A DNA stretch of 63,509 nucleotides, filler included, from Licmophora abbreviata (Eukaryota), in assembly GCA_900291995.1 (NCBI GenBank). It is 15 parts of 15 records of this genome, joined end to end, with 100 filler letters (N's around TTAATTAATTAA, not from the genome) between each part and the next. Parts side by side here need not be neighbours in the genome. Positions count along the whole stretch, not along the records: positions 38,813 to 54,391 come from OLMU01001468.1; positions 54,492 to 56,454 come from OLMU01001469.1; 13 more parts are not named here. One strand, 5' to 3'. Positions 44,591-55,556 of this stretch are shown here, one piece after another. The notes beneath the pieces are model-generated. The model saw nothing but the letters and a program-made list of their open reading frames with translations, did not search any database and had not been told where the DNA came from. Numbering within the stretch: position 1 is the stretch's first letter; every line of letters starts with the position of its first letter. The position numbers and the translations under genes are program-made.

Positions 44591-46511
44591 TTAGCCGCTC
44601 ATCGGTTCTTCCGAGGGGACATCATCTCCACTGTCTGAGGGCTTCGTCAGTGGTCCTTTCTCTCCTCCTTCGGTGCGCTTCGTCGGGTGCCAACATAGAT
44701 CCGTATTTTTTAGCGCCGCTTCCAGGTCCCGATGCTTGCGGGGGATGATTAGGTTGAGCAACTCCGTCAACTTGACGAGGAAATTTGCAAGGAGTATGAA
44801 TCCTATCAAAAACATGAGCCCAAAGGATATCAAGTCTCTTCTCAGCAGGACTTGGTGCTCGAGATAGAAATCGCCGAGTCCCACTGTCGTAGTCGATATG
44901 AAGCTGTGCATGAATATCGTGAACGCGATGGGATTGATGTGAGAGTTCAGGTCTGTGAAAGTTGCGGCACAAAGCACACCTCACTGTGATACATGCAGTT
45001 TACCTAAACCAGAACGCGTCGCGCAAGGGGAATTCCTCTCCGAGACGGTTTTCCTTCCATCTGTCCGTGTACAGTGCCACCATGGCCATCCATCCGTAAA
45101 AACACAGTCCCCACCACAGGCATGCTCCCCAGGTCGACCGGAGCAAAGGAACCTTTACTCGGTCCACCCAGTCATCGAAAATAGCCGACACAATGGTTCC
45201 GGCCTTGGCCAGAACGCCAGCGAATATCAAAATGCTAAGAAACCCGAGCGTATATACCATCGCTCGACCTCCGGTCGTCACTGGTGCCGTGTTTCCGTAA
45301 CCTATGTATCGTTGAGGCACAAGCAAAGCGCAGGAACGTGCGTGAGAATGCTACTGAAAGCATACTCCAAGGGATACGGCATTGATCTACATACCTATGG
45401 TGGTCATGACAGTGAACCAGAACCATGCTCCGGCTTCCGAGTTTACAGCGCAGCCTCCGAATCCATCCGCCTCCTCAAACGCTCTCTGTCGCGCTTGGGA
45501 GACAGCGGCCGCCTCTTCCTTCTTGGACATCCCTTCTACTAGCATCTCCTGCTGGAACTGATCAAACAAAGTTTGCTGGTCGGCGTTCCAAGCATGTACG
45601 ACCGACGCTTCCTGAATGTCAGGCCTCAATTGAGTTACATTGCTTTTGGGTGGTCGAATGTAATTTCCCATAATGCTATTGAAGGCTCTGTTCTCAGACC
45701 CATCAGCTGCATAGCATTGAATCCAGTTGAATGACAAGTCTCCAAGCTCGCCTAGGGTGAGATTGGACTCGGAAAATCGTCCCGTGATTTCCAAACCTCG
45801 GTCTCCACAGACTTTCATGAAAGTGATAAAACTCTGTGCAGTGTCTTCGTCGAAAGTGGGTATCTCATTCTGCTCTTCGGTCTGATTGAAAGGAAGTGTC
45901 TGATTCAAATAGATTAGAGCAATCGCCTCCTCAATGGCTTCTTCAAACACAGCTTCGGTCGTTTGATTTCGAAAGGCAAGAGCGAGACAAATCTTGGGCA
46001 ATTCGGATGTTACATTACGAACAAAAGCCTGGTTGTATGCCACGACGGCTCGTTCTGCAATCACATCATTGTTGGCGTCAATCTCCTGAGGGGCCTCTAG
46101 TTCGGCCAGGATGAAGCCGAAAAAAAGAGCAATGCAAACCAGTAGGATGACAGGACCGGCCACCCCAAACAAGAGGGAAAACGTCCGAGGCCATGTGTCT
46201 GGAAATCGAGCGAGCCAGACACAGCCAGCACGAGTCAGACAGCTGTAGCACCATCCCTGCTGCTGATAAACTTGATCATCCTCTTCGTCCTTAACTGCAG
46301 AAGCTTCGTCGGCTACCGCCGGGGCCGGTTTCATAGCATATTCAATTGTGTGTGCAGTAGTCTCGTCATTCGGGTCGACAACTTCATCGGTGGTACTCGT
46401 ATTCTCTTCGCCATCAACCGTCTCGTGTTCGCGGCCGTTTTCCATGTCGGGATCGACCGGACTCTTGGAGCTATCTTCCACGACGGGGCTCGTCGTCATC
46501 TTCTCTGTCAT
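44591..46511 (-). CDS. Two-pore-domain K+ channel; introns 45302-45394 and 44904-45003
   Basis: Splicing restores pore 1 FWFTVMTTIGYGN and pore 2 FWFSFISTTTVGLGDF; four TM helices. Confidence 0.92.
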
Positions 46512-46761
46512 CTTGTTCAGCAAAAAATAGGCTCAAAAAATGGTCATGGTTCATCGTCATCATACGTATACACGATCGATCGCCAATGACGTACTGAGTA
46601 CAGACTGTACCTCACTTCGAATTTCGAAGTTTTCAATTTTGAGCTGTTTCTCCAGAGGCCTCACTCATCTCGACGTCTCCGCTCCATGATGACGAAGATG
46701 GCCAAACGGCGGCTGTGCTGTCCTGCGATTCAATCTCAGAGTTTCCTATTTTCGGTTGACC

Positions 46762-48993
46762 ATGAGGATTAAAGTTCGCCCAATCTTGACGCTGCTCTTG
46801 ATTTGCTTGATTGGCACGACATGTTCCATTTGGATGAGTTCTCGGCTGACTTTGAATTGCGCTACCCTTCCCGCTAAACATCACCCTGATCCTTCGTCGC
46901 CTCTCCCCTCCACACTGTGGAAGAGGTCGCCCAAGGGTGTGTTTATCATCAAGGCGGCTCGTGTGGAGGATGCGATGAAAACGCTGTGTTCGCTGACTCA
47001 TTTTTTCAACGCCAAACATCAGTATCCTGTCCGAATTTTTGTCGACCATCCCGACACGACCAATGCCACGGGCATCGTACTCAACGACGAGTTCTCGGGA
47101 GGAGCGGATTTGCAAGTCGTTGAAGATACGGATCAACAGTGGAAGAAACTCCCTGACAGTCTGGCGCTTGAGGAGCGGACCGAGGTTTTGAAATACTGCA
47201 AGAATCTTGACGCTGCAGAGAACGCGACATGTACGACGTCAGACATATCAATCAGCTTACTTCACAGGTATCTGTGGCAGTACAACATTATGCCGTTTGA
47301 GCCATCACTTCAGCAGTATGACTATTTTATCTCGATTAATGCTGATACGCTCTTGACACAGCCCATGCAGGACCCGTTTCGGCTCATGCAAGACTATGAA
47401 CTCATCGGCATTTTCGACACTGAATCATACCAAGCCGGTGACGTAACCAGGGGCATTCAGGAAACTGCTGAGGCAATGTTTACTCTGGATCAACGAAGAG
47501 GCCTTTACCTGAACAGCCCGGAAATGCAAATCTTTGATAACAATGGAGTCTGGAACAGCGTCGAGGGTGGAGGACAAAAGCCGAGTGTTTGGACATACTT
47601 CTACGGGGGGCGAATTGATTTTTTTCAGTCTGAAACGTACAAGGAGTTTGCGCGTCGTATGATCCCATACTTGTACACGTATCGTGTGGATGATCAGTCA
47701 GTGATTGGTGCTGCATGGGCTCTCATGGCCGACAATTCAAGGGTGTGGTATCTGCCCAAACGCGGAATCGAGCTAGGCATTTATCATCACGGGTGGATCG
47801 ACAACCGAGAGGCGGTCCGAGTGTCCGAAACTGACACTCGATTTCAGTTTCACAGCCTGGATCACTGGCTCGGTTTCGAGGAACACTATGGCATGCTACT
47901 CGGATGGGAAGATTATGTGAAGCAGATTGGGTACGGCGGGTGGGGTATGTGTGCTTCTGTTCAGCCGATGAAGTCGATAGTGACACGCGCCTATCCTGGA
48001 CCGCGGACTCAGTCTGCGGACAAAGTCCTTGCTGAGAAATCCGAAGAAATTAGGCAGCGACTCACACCAGAGTCGAGATCATTCGTTCTTTCCTTAAAAA
48101 CTAATCAAGCGAATGCATCCGAATTCGTTCTGCGAAACAAGGACTCGGTCCTGCCTCCGGTGTCAGTGGTGCCTGGAGTAGACGGTTGGATACAGAAAAC
48201 CATGGATGTCTGGGGAGATTTGCTCGGGCAACACCCACGAAATGTATCTGATTATAACTCCAACAGTTTGTACGACAAAGATCGTTACGATTCGCCGCAT
48301 GCTGTCGGGTGCTATCTGGCGCACTGGAATCTATGGAGAACTTTGGTCACATGGCAGAGCGACCCCCTGCCTGAAGCTTATTTCATATTTGAGGATGATG
48401 CCACGTGCGCTCCAGACATGCACAGTATAGCTGCAGCGACTATCCGCCACTTGCCCGAGGACTGGGATTTGCTATTTATTGGAGGCAAGCCCTTTACGTT
48501 CTTTCGAGAAGGGCCTCTGCGCAAATTCAATGACTCTACAGAAGGCACTTTTCGACGTGATATATGTCGGGGTGGTTTTGGGAAGGGCGACGGTCCTCTC
48601 GCACCAGATGGATCACGAAATCTGTCTTTATCTCAACCATACTGGCGAGCCATGTACCACACAAACACCCACGGGTATGTGATCAACCCTCGTCAACTTA
48701 ATCGACTCTTGCATCTGATGAAGCCAGCGGTGGACAACCCGATCGACATTCGACTTGCCGACAAGATGGCAACAGGAGAGCTTCGCGCATACATGACGAC
48801 TAGAATGTTGTGCCAAACGGACCAGTTCGATCCGGCTGATGGACCCGGACCTTGGGACTGGCAGGGGATGTTTGCGGTCTTTTTGGATGGGGTAAACGAA
48901 AATGATGCAGAGGCTCATCCAATTCTATCCAGTGCTATTGGCGGAAGATATATTTGGGATTTACAACTGATGCTGGAGAATTGTTCGTACTAG
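46762..48993 (+). CDS. Bifunctional glycosyltransferase with a GT15 (KRE2/MNT1)-like N-domain and a GT25-like C-domain
   Basis: Type II anchor; YDYFISINAD..DPFRLM..WTYF..IDFFQSETY..YRVDDQ; then GCYLAHWNLW, IFEDDA, WDLLFIG, THGYVIN, PID. Confidence 0.7.
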   Translation: MRIKVRPILTLLLICLIGTTCSIWMSSRLTLNCATLPAKHHPDPSSPLPSTLWKRSPKGVFIIKAARVEDAMKTLCSLTHFFNAKHQYPVRIFVDHPDTTNATGIVLNDEFSGGADLQVVEDTDQQWKKLPDSLALEERTEVLKYCKNLDAAENATCTTSDISISLLHRYLWQYNIMPFEPSLQQYDYFISINADTLLTQPMQDPFRLMQDYELIGIFDTESYQAGDVTRGIQETAEAMFTLDQRRGLYLNSPEMQIFDNNGVWNSVEGGGQKPSVWTYFYGGRIDFFQSETYKEFARRMIPYLYTYRVDDQSVIGAAWALMADNSRVWYLPKRGIELGIYHHGWIDNREAVRVSETDTRFQFHSLDHWLGFEEHYGMLLGWEDYVKQIGYGGWGMCASVQPMKSIVTRAYPGPRTQSADKVLAEKSEEIRQRLTPESRSFVLSLKTNQANASEFVLRNKDSVLPPVSVVPGVDGWIQKTMDVWGDLLGQHPRNVSDYNSNSLYDKDRYDSPHAVGCYLAHWNLWRTLVTWQSDPLPEAYFIFEDDATCAPDMHSIAAATIRHLPEDWDLLFIGGKPFTFFREGPLRKFNDSTEGTFRRDICRGGFGKGDGPLAPDGSRNLSLSQPYWRAMYHTNTHGYVINPRQLNRLLHLMKPAVDNPIDIRLADKMATGELRAYMTTRMLCQTDQFDPADGPGPWDWQGMFAVFLDGVNENDAEAHPILSSAIGGRYIWDLQLMLENCSY

Positions 48994-49451
48994 GTAGCAA
49001 AGCTCAAAGGACTCAACTCGCCTGCACACCTGCACATATCAAAACTGTTCAGTCCTTGTCAACCCATTGAATGAAGATATAGCCGCGATGTCCATTTTCC
49101 CACATAGATGCCGAGTGTGCAGTCAGTCGCCAATCTTCAACCTTATAAATAGCTGGGGCTTAAACTAGGCGAATGTCTCGTGCTCGTTTCCTCATAGGGC
49201 GCGTCTTCGGAACGTTCGAAATAGGGAGAGGCGAGCACAGGTATACGGACGACGGACGACCAGGTGTGGGGTACGGTCCATCCGTCAGCCGTCGTCTCGG
49301 TCGCCGCCGGCGCCAAACCAAAGAAAATGCTCTCATGTGAGGGCCTCACACGACGATGGCACAGATTTGTTCAGCTTGTCGTGTTTTCGTTCGCTGTGTC
49401 TCTGGTCAGATCGTCGACAAAAACAAGCCTCGCTGTTTCTGAAAGTGAATC

Positions 49452-50819
49452 ATGTTTTTCAGACTGAGCGCAGTCCGAGCTTCGAGAGCTCGGAATCTGC
49501 AAAGATTTTCAGCAGACGCTGCTCCAAAATTGGTTCGCAAGACTGTCAGCGCGACGGAGCGAGCTGCACTGCGTGCGGCTCGCAAGGAACGAGCCACAAA
49601 GCGTCTTGCTCAGGTAGGAGTAGCCGAAGACTCCGCGTCAGCATCCTCGACCGTTACGTCTCCTATGCTCAACAATCGGTGGATCTGGTATATGGGAGTG
49701 GCGGTTCCGGCGACTCTTCTGGCGTGGGGGTTGAACGATGAAAACAGTCCTCCTGCCAAGCTGAGCAAAGCGATTGGGCTAACGAGACTTGTCTCCAGCT
49801 ATTCTGACGAAATTGCCAAGCCTTCTCACGACAAGCTTTTGCCAGATTGGTCACAGGTATGTAGAGTCAAGTTATGTCCGGCCACTTACTTTTTCCAGTC
49901 GTTCCCTCACTTTTGTTGCTGCACTCTTTTGCAGATGCCGAATGTGCCACACGATATACCAGTCCCCCATACCTTAGTCCTAGACTTGGAAAGCACCTTG
50001 GTCTGCTCCACGTGGGATCGAAAGTACGGGTGGCGCCATGCCAAGCGCCCTGGTGTTGACAAATTCCTTCAAGACATGGCGCAGTACTACGAAATCGTCT
50101 TGTACAGCCCTTCCATTGACGGTATTGCCGAGCCAGTCGTGACATCTTTGGACAAGAATGGATGCATTATGCATCGTCTGTATCGAGATGCCACGTACTA
50201 CATGAATGGAATCCACGTGAAGGACTTGAATCGTCTCAATCGCAATGTCAACCGTATGATTGTGTTGGACGATGATCCCGAAGAGGTGCAGCTGAATCCG
50301 GATAATTTGCTCAGAGTCAAACCATACAATGATCCGACTGATCGATCGGATCGTACGCTCGAGCGCATTACGCCATTCCTTATTGAAATTGCCAGGGAGG
50401 GCTACAATGATTTCCCGTCTATTCTTCGTCAGTACCGAGGCATGGATGCAGACGAAATAGCGACTGAGCAAGAACGCCGTATTGCGCAGTTCCGAGAGCA
50501 TCGCGAACGCAAAGCCCAGCGAGGGCTGGGACGATTGGCACGACGCACTTCGATCAACACGCCCGCTCCTGAGCATGCTCCAAGTGGCGTGGACGGGAGT
50601 CTAATGACAACGAGTGGTGCGACGGGTCTGACATCGAAAGAGTTGGTAGGGGCTGCACCGTCGGCATCCAGTGGTGGCATGGTGGATTGGTTGAATCGCA
50701 GGAGCAAGGAAAAGGAAGAGCAGCAGATGCGAAAAATGGAAAAATGGAATGAAGTTATGATGAAGAAACAGAAAGCAAAGCGAGAAGCGGCTGAGGCCGC
50801 AAAGGCCCAGAACAAGTAG
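49452..50819 (+). CDS. TIM50: Mitochondrial import inner-membrane translocase subunit TIM50; in-frame intron 49857-49934
   Basis: Presequence, TM, KLLPD, TLVLDLESTLVCSTWDRKYGWRHAKRPGVDKFL, HVKDLNRLNR. Confidence 0.93.
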   Translation: MFFRLSAVRASRARNLQRFSADAAPKLVRKTVSATERAALRAARKERATKRLAQVGVAEDSASASSTVTSPMLNNRWIWYMGVAVPATLLAWGLNDENSPPAKLSKAIGLTRLVSSYSDEIAKPSHDKLLPDWSQVCRVKLCPATYFFQSFPHFCCCTLLQMPNVPHDIPVPHTLVLDLESTLVCSTWDRKYGWRHAKRPGVDKFLQDMAQYYEIVLYSPSIDGIAEPVVTSLDKNGCIMHRLYRDATYYMNGIHVKDLNRLNRNVNRMIVLDDDPEEVQLNPDNLLRVKPYNDPTDRSDRTLERITPFLIEIAREGYNDFPSILRQYRGMDADEIATEQERRIAQFREHRERKAQRGLGRLARRTSINTPAPEHAPSGVDGSLMTTSGATGLTSKELVGAAPSASSGGMVDWLNRRSKEKEEQQMRKMEKWNEVMMKKQKAKREAAEAAKAQNK

Positions 50820-51162
50820 CTATAAACTCTCCAGCCAGAGCGAGAAGGCTTGGTCTCTCAATTGACCGTTACGTAGGGTGGGCCCGGCTTTTGAGTGGTA
50901 CTCGCACTGGTAACTCTCGTATGGTACGAGTGTATGTCGACTGTACTAGTACATGCTGGATCTAAAGTCTCTTGATAGTGCTCCGTGTGCTTTTGGTACG
51001 TCAAAGTACATTTAACATAGCTAGCTTCCCCGTGTCTGTCGGTCCGTCGTCTCAAATCTTTCGAAGTACTCTTGCGTGTGTGGCTTTCCCGATTCCTGAT
51101 TCCTGACAATGAACAAAGTTCAATGTGCTCCGCACTCCGCACTGTGATCACTCGCATTGACG

Positions 51163-52111
51163 ATGATGATGCGTCATTCGTTATCCGCCCTGTTGGGCAA
51201 CGTGAAGCGCAGCTTGTCGTCGTCGTCCAAGAGCTCCCACCTGATGGTTCCAGTGGAGCTTGTCTCAGACACCTTATGACCAAACGGGTACATTGGCAAG
51301 AAGCATCTGAATCGAGCTATCGAAGAAGTCCTTGCCAAACCGCTGGATGAGAACCGTCCGCTGGCATTTTCCGTTATTCGCGTCCCTTTCTTTTTGGAGC
51401 CCCACTACGACGAAGGCAGGCCGTACATCGAATCGAATCGAGAACGCCTAGTCAAAAAATGGGGTGGCCCTCAGGGTTGGGAAAGGCAGAAAAATGCACA
51501 TGACTTGAAAGGTCGAGGAGAAGAAGCAGGTATACCTCATTTCAATCTGGACAGGTTGACCAGTAACACAATGGCATCCCATCGTCTCATTCAGTATCTT
51601 GGAAAGAAGTATGGACTAGCTGTCAGTGAAGCGATATACGATCGTCTCAATGTGTAAGTCGCCAAGTTTGTGCTTGACTCACTCCTCTGCCGCTGCGAAT
51701 TGCGCTCTGACTCGCTATCTTCCCTGCAGCTACTATTTCGTAGAAGGGCACGCTTTGAATGATCGACCGCGTCTGGCGGAAACAGTTGTCGAGGAACTCC
51801 GAAAGCTTCTCGACAACCCTCCTGCGTCAGAGGACATTCTGGCGTTCCTTAATGGAACGGAAGGGCGGGAGAATATCGAACGGGCTCTGGAACTGTTGCA
51901 ACAGCTTGGCATCCACGGCATTCCGAAATTTATCATTGAAGGTCAGACTGTAGTAGATGGTGCTGCTCGCCATGATGTGTTCGTGGATATCTTTCGGGAC
52001 ATTGAGCGCCGTGGCGAAATCGCGAGTGGTCCAGTCTTTGGAAAGCTTCTTGGCATAGGCGATGAGACGATCGAACAAGGCAGTCACCATCGGCGTGAAG
52101 TTGCTGTCTAG
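51163..52111 (+). CDS. DsbA/FrnE-like thioredoxin-fold selenoprotein; Sec-UGA at 51277-51279; intron 51654-51729
   Basis: The frame from ATG 51163 reads MMMRHSLSALLGNVKRSLSSSSKSSHLMVPVELVSDTL-TGA-PNGYIGKKHL...PFFLEP. TGA aligns with the first Cys of FrnE SDxxCPWCYIGK. Also NTMASHRLI and cis-Pro loop GIHGIPKFII. SECIS downstream. Confidence 0.9.
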
Positions 52112-52136
52112 AAATCTATGAGGATGATACTGGTAC

Positions 52137-52223
52137 TGTCGTGCCTTTCGCTGGGATGACGGCTCTGCCAAACGGAAAATGATTCGTCCGTAGGCATAGC
52201 CTGAAAGGAGCGTAGTCACGACA
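52137..52223 (+). promoter_or_regulatory. SECIS element (form II) of the DsbA-like gene
   Basis: AUGAC 52156-52160 faces UGAA 52202-52205. Helix GGCUCUGCC/GGCAUAGCC; unpaired AAA 52170-52172; apical stem CGGA/UCCG; helix I CGCU/AGCG; outer stem UGUCGUG/CACGACA. Folded by eye. Confidence 0.88.
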
Positions 52224-52315
52224 ACACCGACACTTCTTCATTACCCTACACCTAGCTATTTCTACGGAATCTTTAATCGTTCACTCCTTTCTTGACGTAG
52301 GGTATCGTGTGCACT

Positions 52316-54352
52316 TCATCGGGCAAGTCCCGACATAACAAGAGAGGGGTCATCGCGTAGTAGCTCGTACACCAGGGTCAAGGGCATCTCATCGGGACAT
52401 GGAATAGAAAAGCCATTGGGCGATGGCGGACTTCGGTATTGGACTGCAGCGGCGCTTGCCTGTAAGAAAGGAAACAGTTTGGTCTTGGAGTCTCGGCGCT
52501 CCAGCGATTCGGGATAAATCTGTACAAGTCGTCGAAGGATTTGGAGCATTCTAACAACTAGTGGTCTGTGGGCCGCAGTCATATATGAACGGCCGCTACG
52601 GCTGCAGGCACGGACAAATGTCTCAATGACATGGTGAAGAGCAAGTCGACCTTCATTGTCCGTGACTTGAGCTGCCTGAGGCGGCGACAAGGAAATAGCA
52701 GTCTCCAGCATCTGAAGCGATTCTCCACGAAGGAGCTGCAGTGCAGCGGGTTCTTGCGTGACGGTATTTGGTGCTACATCCTCTCCCTGCGGCCAATCCC
52801 ACTGGTGCCAAAGGCGTGAGGCTGCATAGTGCATAGGTAGTCTGCCCTGTTTACTGTCTCGAAGTGACAGCTCCTCCGGAAAGAGTGCGCAGACAATGCG
52901 TGTGACTGCAGGAGGACAGGACGGACATTCCATTGCCGCATGCGCCAGGTGAAACTCTTCAGATTCGGTATTCCTTGTCTTGGCGGCGGCTCTGAGTAAT
53001 GAGACCACTTTGCACCAAAACAAAGAAGTCACAGCCTCACGCCGCGTCCATGTTATCTCTTGGTCGGCACTCTGCGTGCGATATCGCACCCGCGTCGCCT
53101 GGAGGACTGCAATCGATTGATCCGCCCATTGAGTTCCTACAGGCTCTCGCAACAGCTCTTGCGGAATGTGACGCATCCGAAGGAAATCAACGGGTGGATC
53201 CAGCTTGCGAACAAGACTAAAATCAGGGTGGAAGTTTCCAGTCTCGATGGAAGCAAAGTCAAAATACATGTCAGTCGGTTCAGGGCGCACAGACTCAGTC
53301 GTTGTTTCTCCTCGCTCGTTGTCTAGAGCAAGCAATGCGCTTACAAATCGTATCCACAGCCAGTGCATGGGTGTGAGACCGGCGGCATCTCGCGTTAGTA
53401 CCGCTTTCGGCTCCGAATTGCTCAAGAGCGCAATCGATCGCGGAGGTTCGCCTCTCATCGAAGCAAAATGCAATGGAAGCTCCCCCTGAGTATTGGCCAG
53501 GAGAGCAGCGCCTCTAGGTGACCTGGAGGAGTCATTTTCCGCTTGCAGTAAAAGACTTATTGTATCTGGGCATCTTCCGTGAAAGACTGCTGAATGCAGC
53601 GCGGTGTAGTGGCCCCTTGCACCTGTCAATACCTGACTGGCGGCTTGGGGATAGTGATGTAGCATACACTGGACCATCTCATGGATGCGCCCCTCCACTC
53701 GCTGGTAGAAGCGGTCATCACTTTCTTCCGTTCCGACAGCATACAGACTGGCCTTGAGTGCCATCACGAGAGGAGGCTCTTCGTACTCGCCACGATCTGG
53801 AATCCCAACCGCCTCTGGACATGACCGTACGATGGACAACAGCAGAGCCATCCAGCGATCGGAGACACTTCGAAAATGAAAGCGTCTCCGTATAAGAAGG
53901 TGCAGAGGTGTGTGACCATCGACATCCTGCATCAACGAGGCCCTTTGCGACTCAGAACGCCGTGCGATGTCCTCGTCCGTTCTCAGCAATAGTTCAACGA
54001 CTTCAACGTCGGTTTTGTCGCACACGATTGCTTCATGAAGAGGGGTTCCGCGAGAAGGGACGAGCCGGTGAAGCTGCTCAGGCGCCGCCTCTAAAATAGC
54101 CTGAATACAATCCAACGGAGCCCCGAACCTGCAAGCGAAGGCTAGCGGCGATGAGGCACTACTGGCATCGACTTCTGCCGCTTCCTCTGGAAAAGAGCGG
54201 GCGCGCTCAGTCGCTTCTTTCCATTTTCCAGGAAAGATTGTCAGCTGAATCAGTGTCTCATGCTCGTTTGCTATGCGACAACGCTTCGCTGGGGGGTGAC
54301 CAGTTTGTCCCTTAGAGGCGCTGCTGCCGCTTGTGTTGCTGTCCTCCGTCAT
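52316..54352 (-). CDS. Ankyrin-repeat protein of the diatom-expanded type
   Basis: GTPLHEAI, GHTPLHLLI, TALHSAV, GELPLHFA, GLTPMHWL, GRLPMHYA, and terminal LFPFLQA...VYELLRDDP. Confidence 0.85.
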   Translation of the reverse strand: MTEDSNTSGSSASKGQTGHPPAKRCRIANEHETLIQLTIFPGKWKEATERARSFPEEAAEVDASSASSPLAFACRFGAPLDCIQAILEAAPEQLHRLVPSRGTPLHEAIVCDKTDVEVVELLLRTDEDIARRSESQRASLMQDVDGHTPLHLLIRRRFHFRSVSDRWMALLLSIVRSCPEAVGIPDRGEYEEPPLVMALKASLYAVGTEESDDRFYQRVEGRIHEMVQCMLHHYPQAASQVLTGARGHYTALHSAVFHGRCPDTISLLLQAENDSSRSPRGAALLANTQGELPLHFASMRGEPPRSIALLSNSEPKAVLTRDAAGLTPMHWLWIRFVSALLALDNERGETTTESVRPEPTDMYFDFASIETGNFHPDFSLVRKLDPPVDFLRMRHIPQELLREPVGTQWADQSIAVLQATRVRYRTQSADQEITWTRREAVTSLFWCKVVSLLRAAAKTRNTESEEFHLAHAAMECPSCPPAVTRIVCALFPEELSLRDSKQGRLPMHYAASRLWHQWDWPQGEDVAPNTVTQEPAALQLLRGESLQMLETAISLSPPQAAQVTDNEGRLALHHVIETFVRACSRSGRSYMTAAHRPLVVRMLQILRRLVQIYPESLERRDSKTKLFPFLQASAAAVQYRSPPSPNGFSIPCPDEMPLTLVYELLRDDPSLVMSGLAR

Positions 54353-54626
54353 GGTTTCCACGGTCCATCGAATGGAACTTTTTCGGGGGGTNNNNNNNNN
54401 NNNNNNNNNNNNNNNNNNNNNNNNNNNNNNNNNNNTTAATTAATTAANNNNNNNNNNNNNNNNNNNNNNNNNNNNNNNNNNNNNNNNNNNNGCTTCATCG
54501 CACTTTGACAAGCAGCATCCACCATGGCGTGACCAACTCAGCACGAGCAGAGTCACCGCAAGCTCATTTTCTCATCCTCTCCCACCTACAAGATGGGCAC
54601 ATATATTGAAATCCATTCCATTCATC

Positions 54627-55520
54627 ATGACGAAATTGTGGTCACTCTGCCTTGTCCTCCCTTCTTCTGTGGCTGCTTTCAGCTCTATTCCCATGGGACC
54701 ATCTGCAGCTGGTATGATGACGCCGCCACGTACGGATAGCGGCGGCACGTCAGAAGCGACGAGCACCACTGCCGCGGCTCCTTGGAGGATAGCACTTAAT
54801 GTTGGTAGGGAACCACTCTCGGCTATGCCCTTCGACTGGGCGCGGTCCGGATGCCGCATGCCTCTCGTTGTTCCATGCGATTTTTGCCTGGACGGAAAGG
54901 AGGTGTCTCCCAGGTCCGAAACAGTCAGCATCACGGGAGAGAACGGTGCACTCGTGAGGCCCATTGAGGGTGGAACGTGGGAGCTGAACAACGACCAGAG
55001 TATTCTGTCATTCACATTACACTTTCCCGAGTCTCTCCAGAGACGAGATGTCACCATTGACGCTGGTTCCACTCTTGTGCTTGAAACAAAGATCTTCTCG
55101 AAGAATGAGCTCAATAGACTCAATGAAGAGTTTTATGCCGCTCGAGATGATGCTTGGAAGGTGGGAGGCGAATTGAATGATATCGCTCGACAGAAAGACT
55201 CCCCAAAAAAGTGGAATGAGGAGAAGCGACGCTGGGAGAAGCGACGGGTCGACGAGAATGCCCTGTCGGAACTACAAAAACGCTTCAGTCTACTTGGAGC
55301 ACAGGCAAAGCAACAACAGAAGAATAACCAAAGACCTAATCCGAAGACGCTGAGCATGGACCATGGACCGTTTCCTGCTGTTCGAGGAAGTGATGCGATC
55401 TATGTTCAAAAGGAGGGTGTTGTAAAGATTCAAAAGGGCGGCGGGTGGAGAGGGGACGCCGTAATTGGAACGTGGTCCGCGGAGCCCATCAAGGACAAGC
55501 CTGTATCCTATTATAGGTAA
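54627..55520 (+). CDS. Uncharacterised protein with a bipartite plastid-type presequence
   Basis: MTKLWSLCLVLPSSVAA-FSS followed by a Ser/Thr-rich transit-like segment; intact ~297-aa ORF. Confidence 0.7.
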   Translation: MTKLWSLCLVLPSSVAAFSSIPMGPSAAGMMTPPRTDSGGTSEATSTTAAAPWRIALNVGREPLSAMPFDWARSGCRMPLVVPCDFCLDGKEVSPRSETVSITGENGALVRPIEGGTWELNNDQSILSFTLHFPESLQRRDVTIDAGSTLVLETKIFSKNELNRLNEEFYAARDDAWKVGGELNDIARQKDSPKKWNEEKRRWEKRRVDENALSELQKRFSLLGAQAKQQQKNNQRPNPKTLSMDHGPFPAVRGSDAIYVQKEGVVKIQKGGGWRGDAVIGTWSAEPIKDKPVSYYR

Positions 55521-55556
55521 TATTACATTTAGAAGTGTGCAGAATCGAATTCTCTG

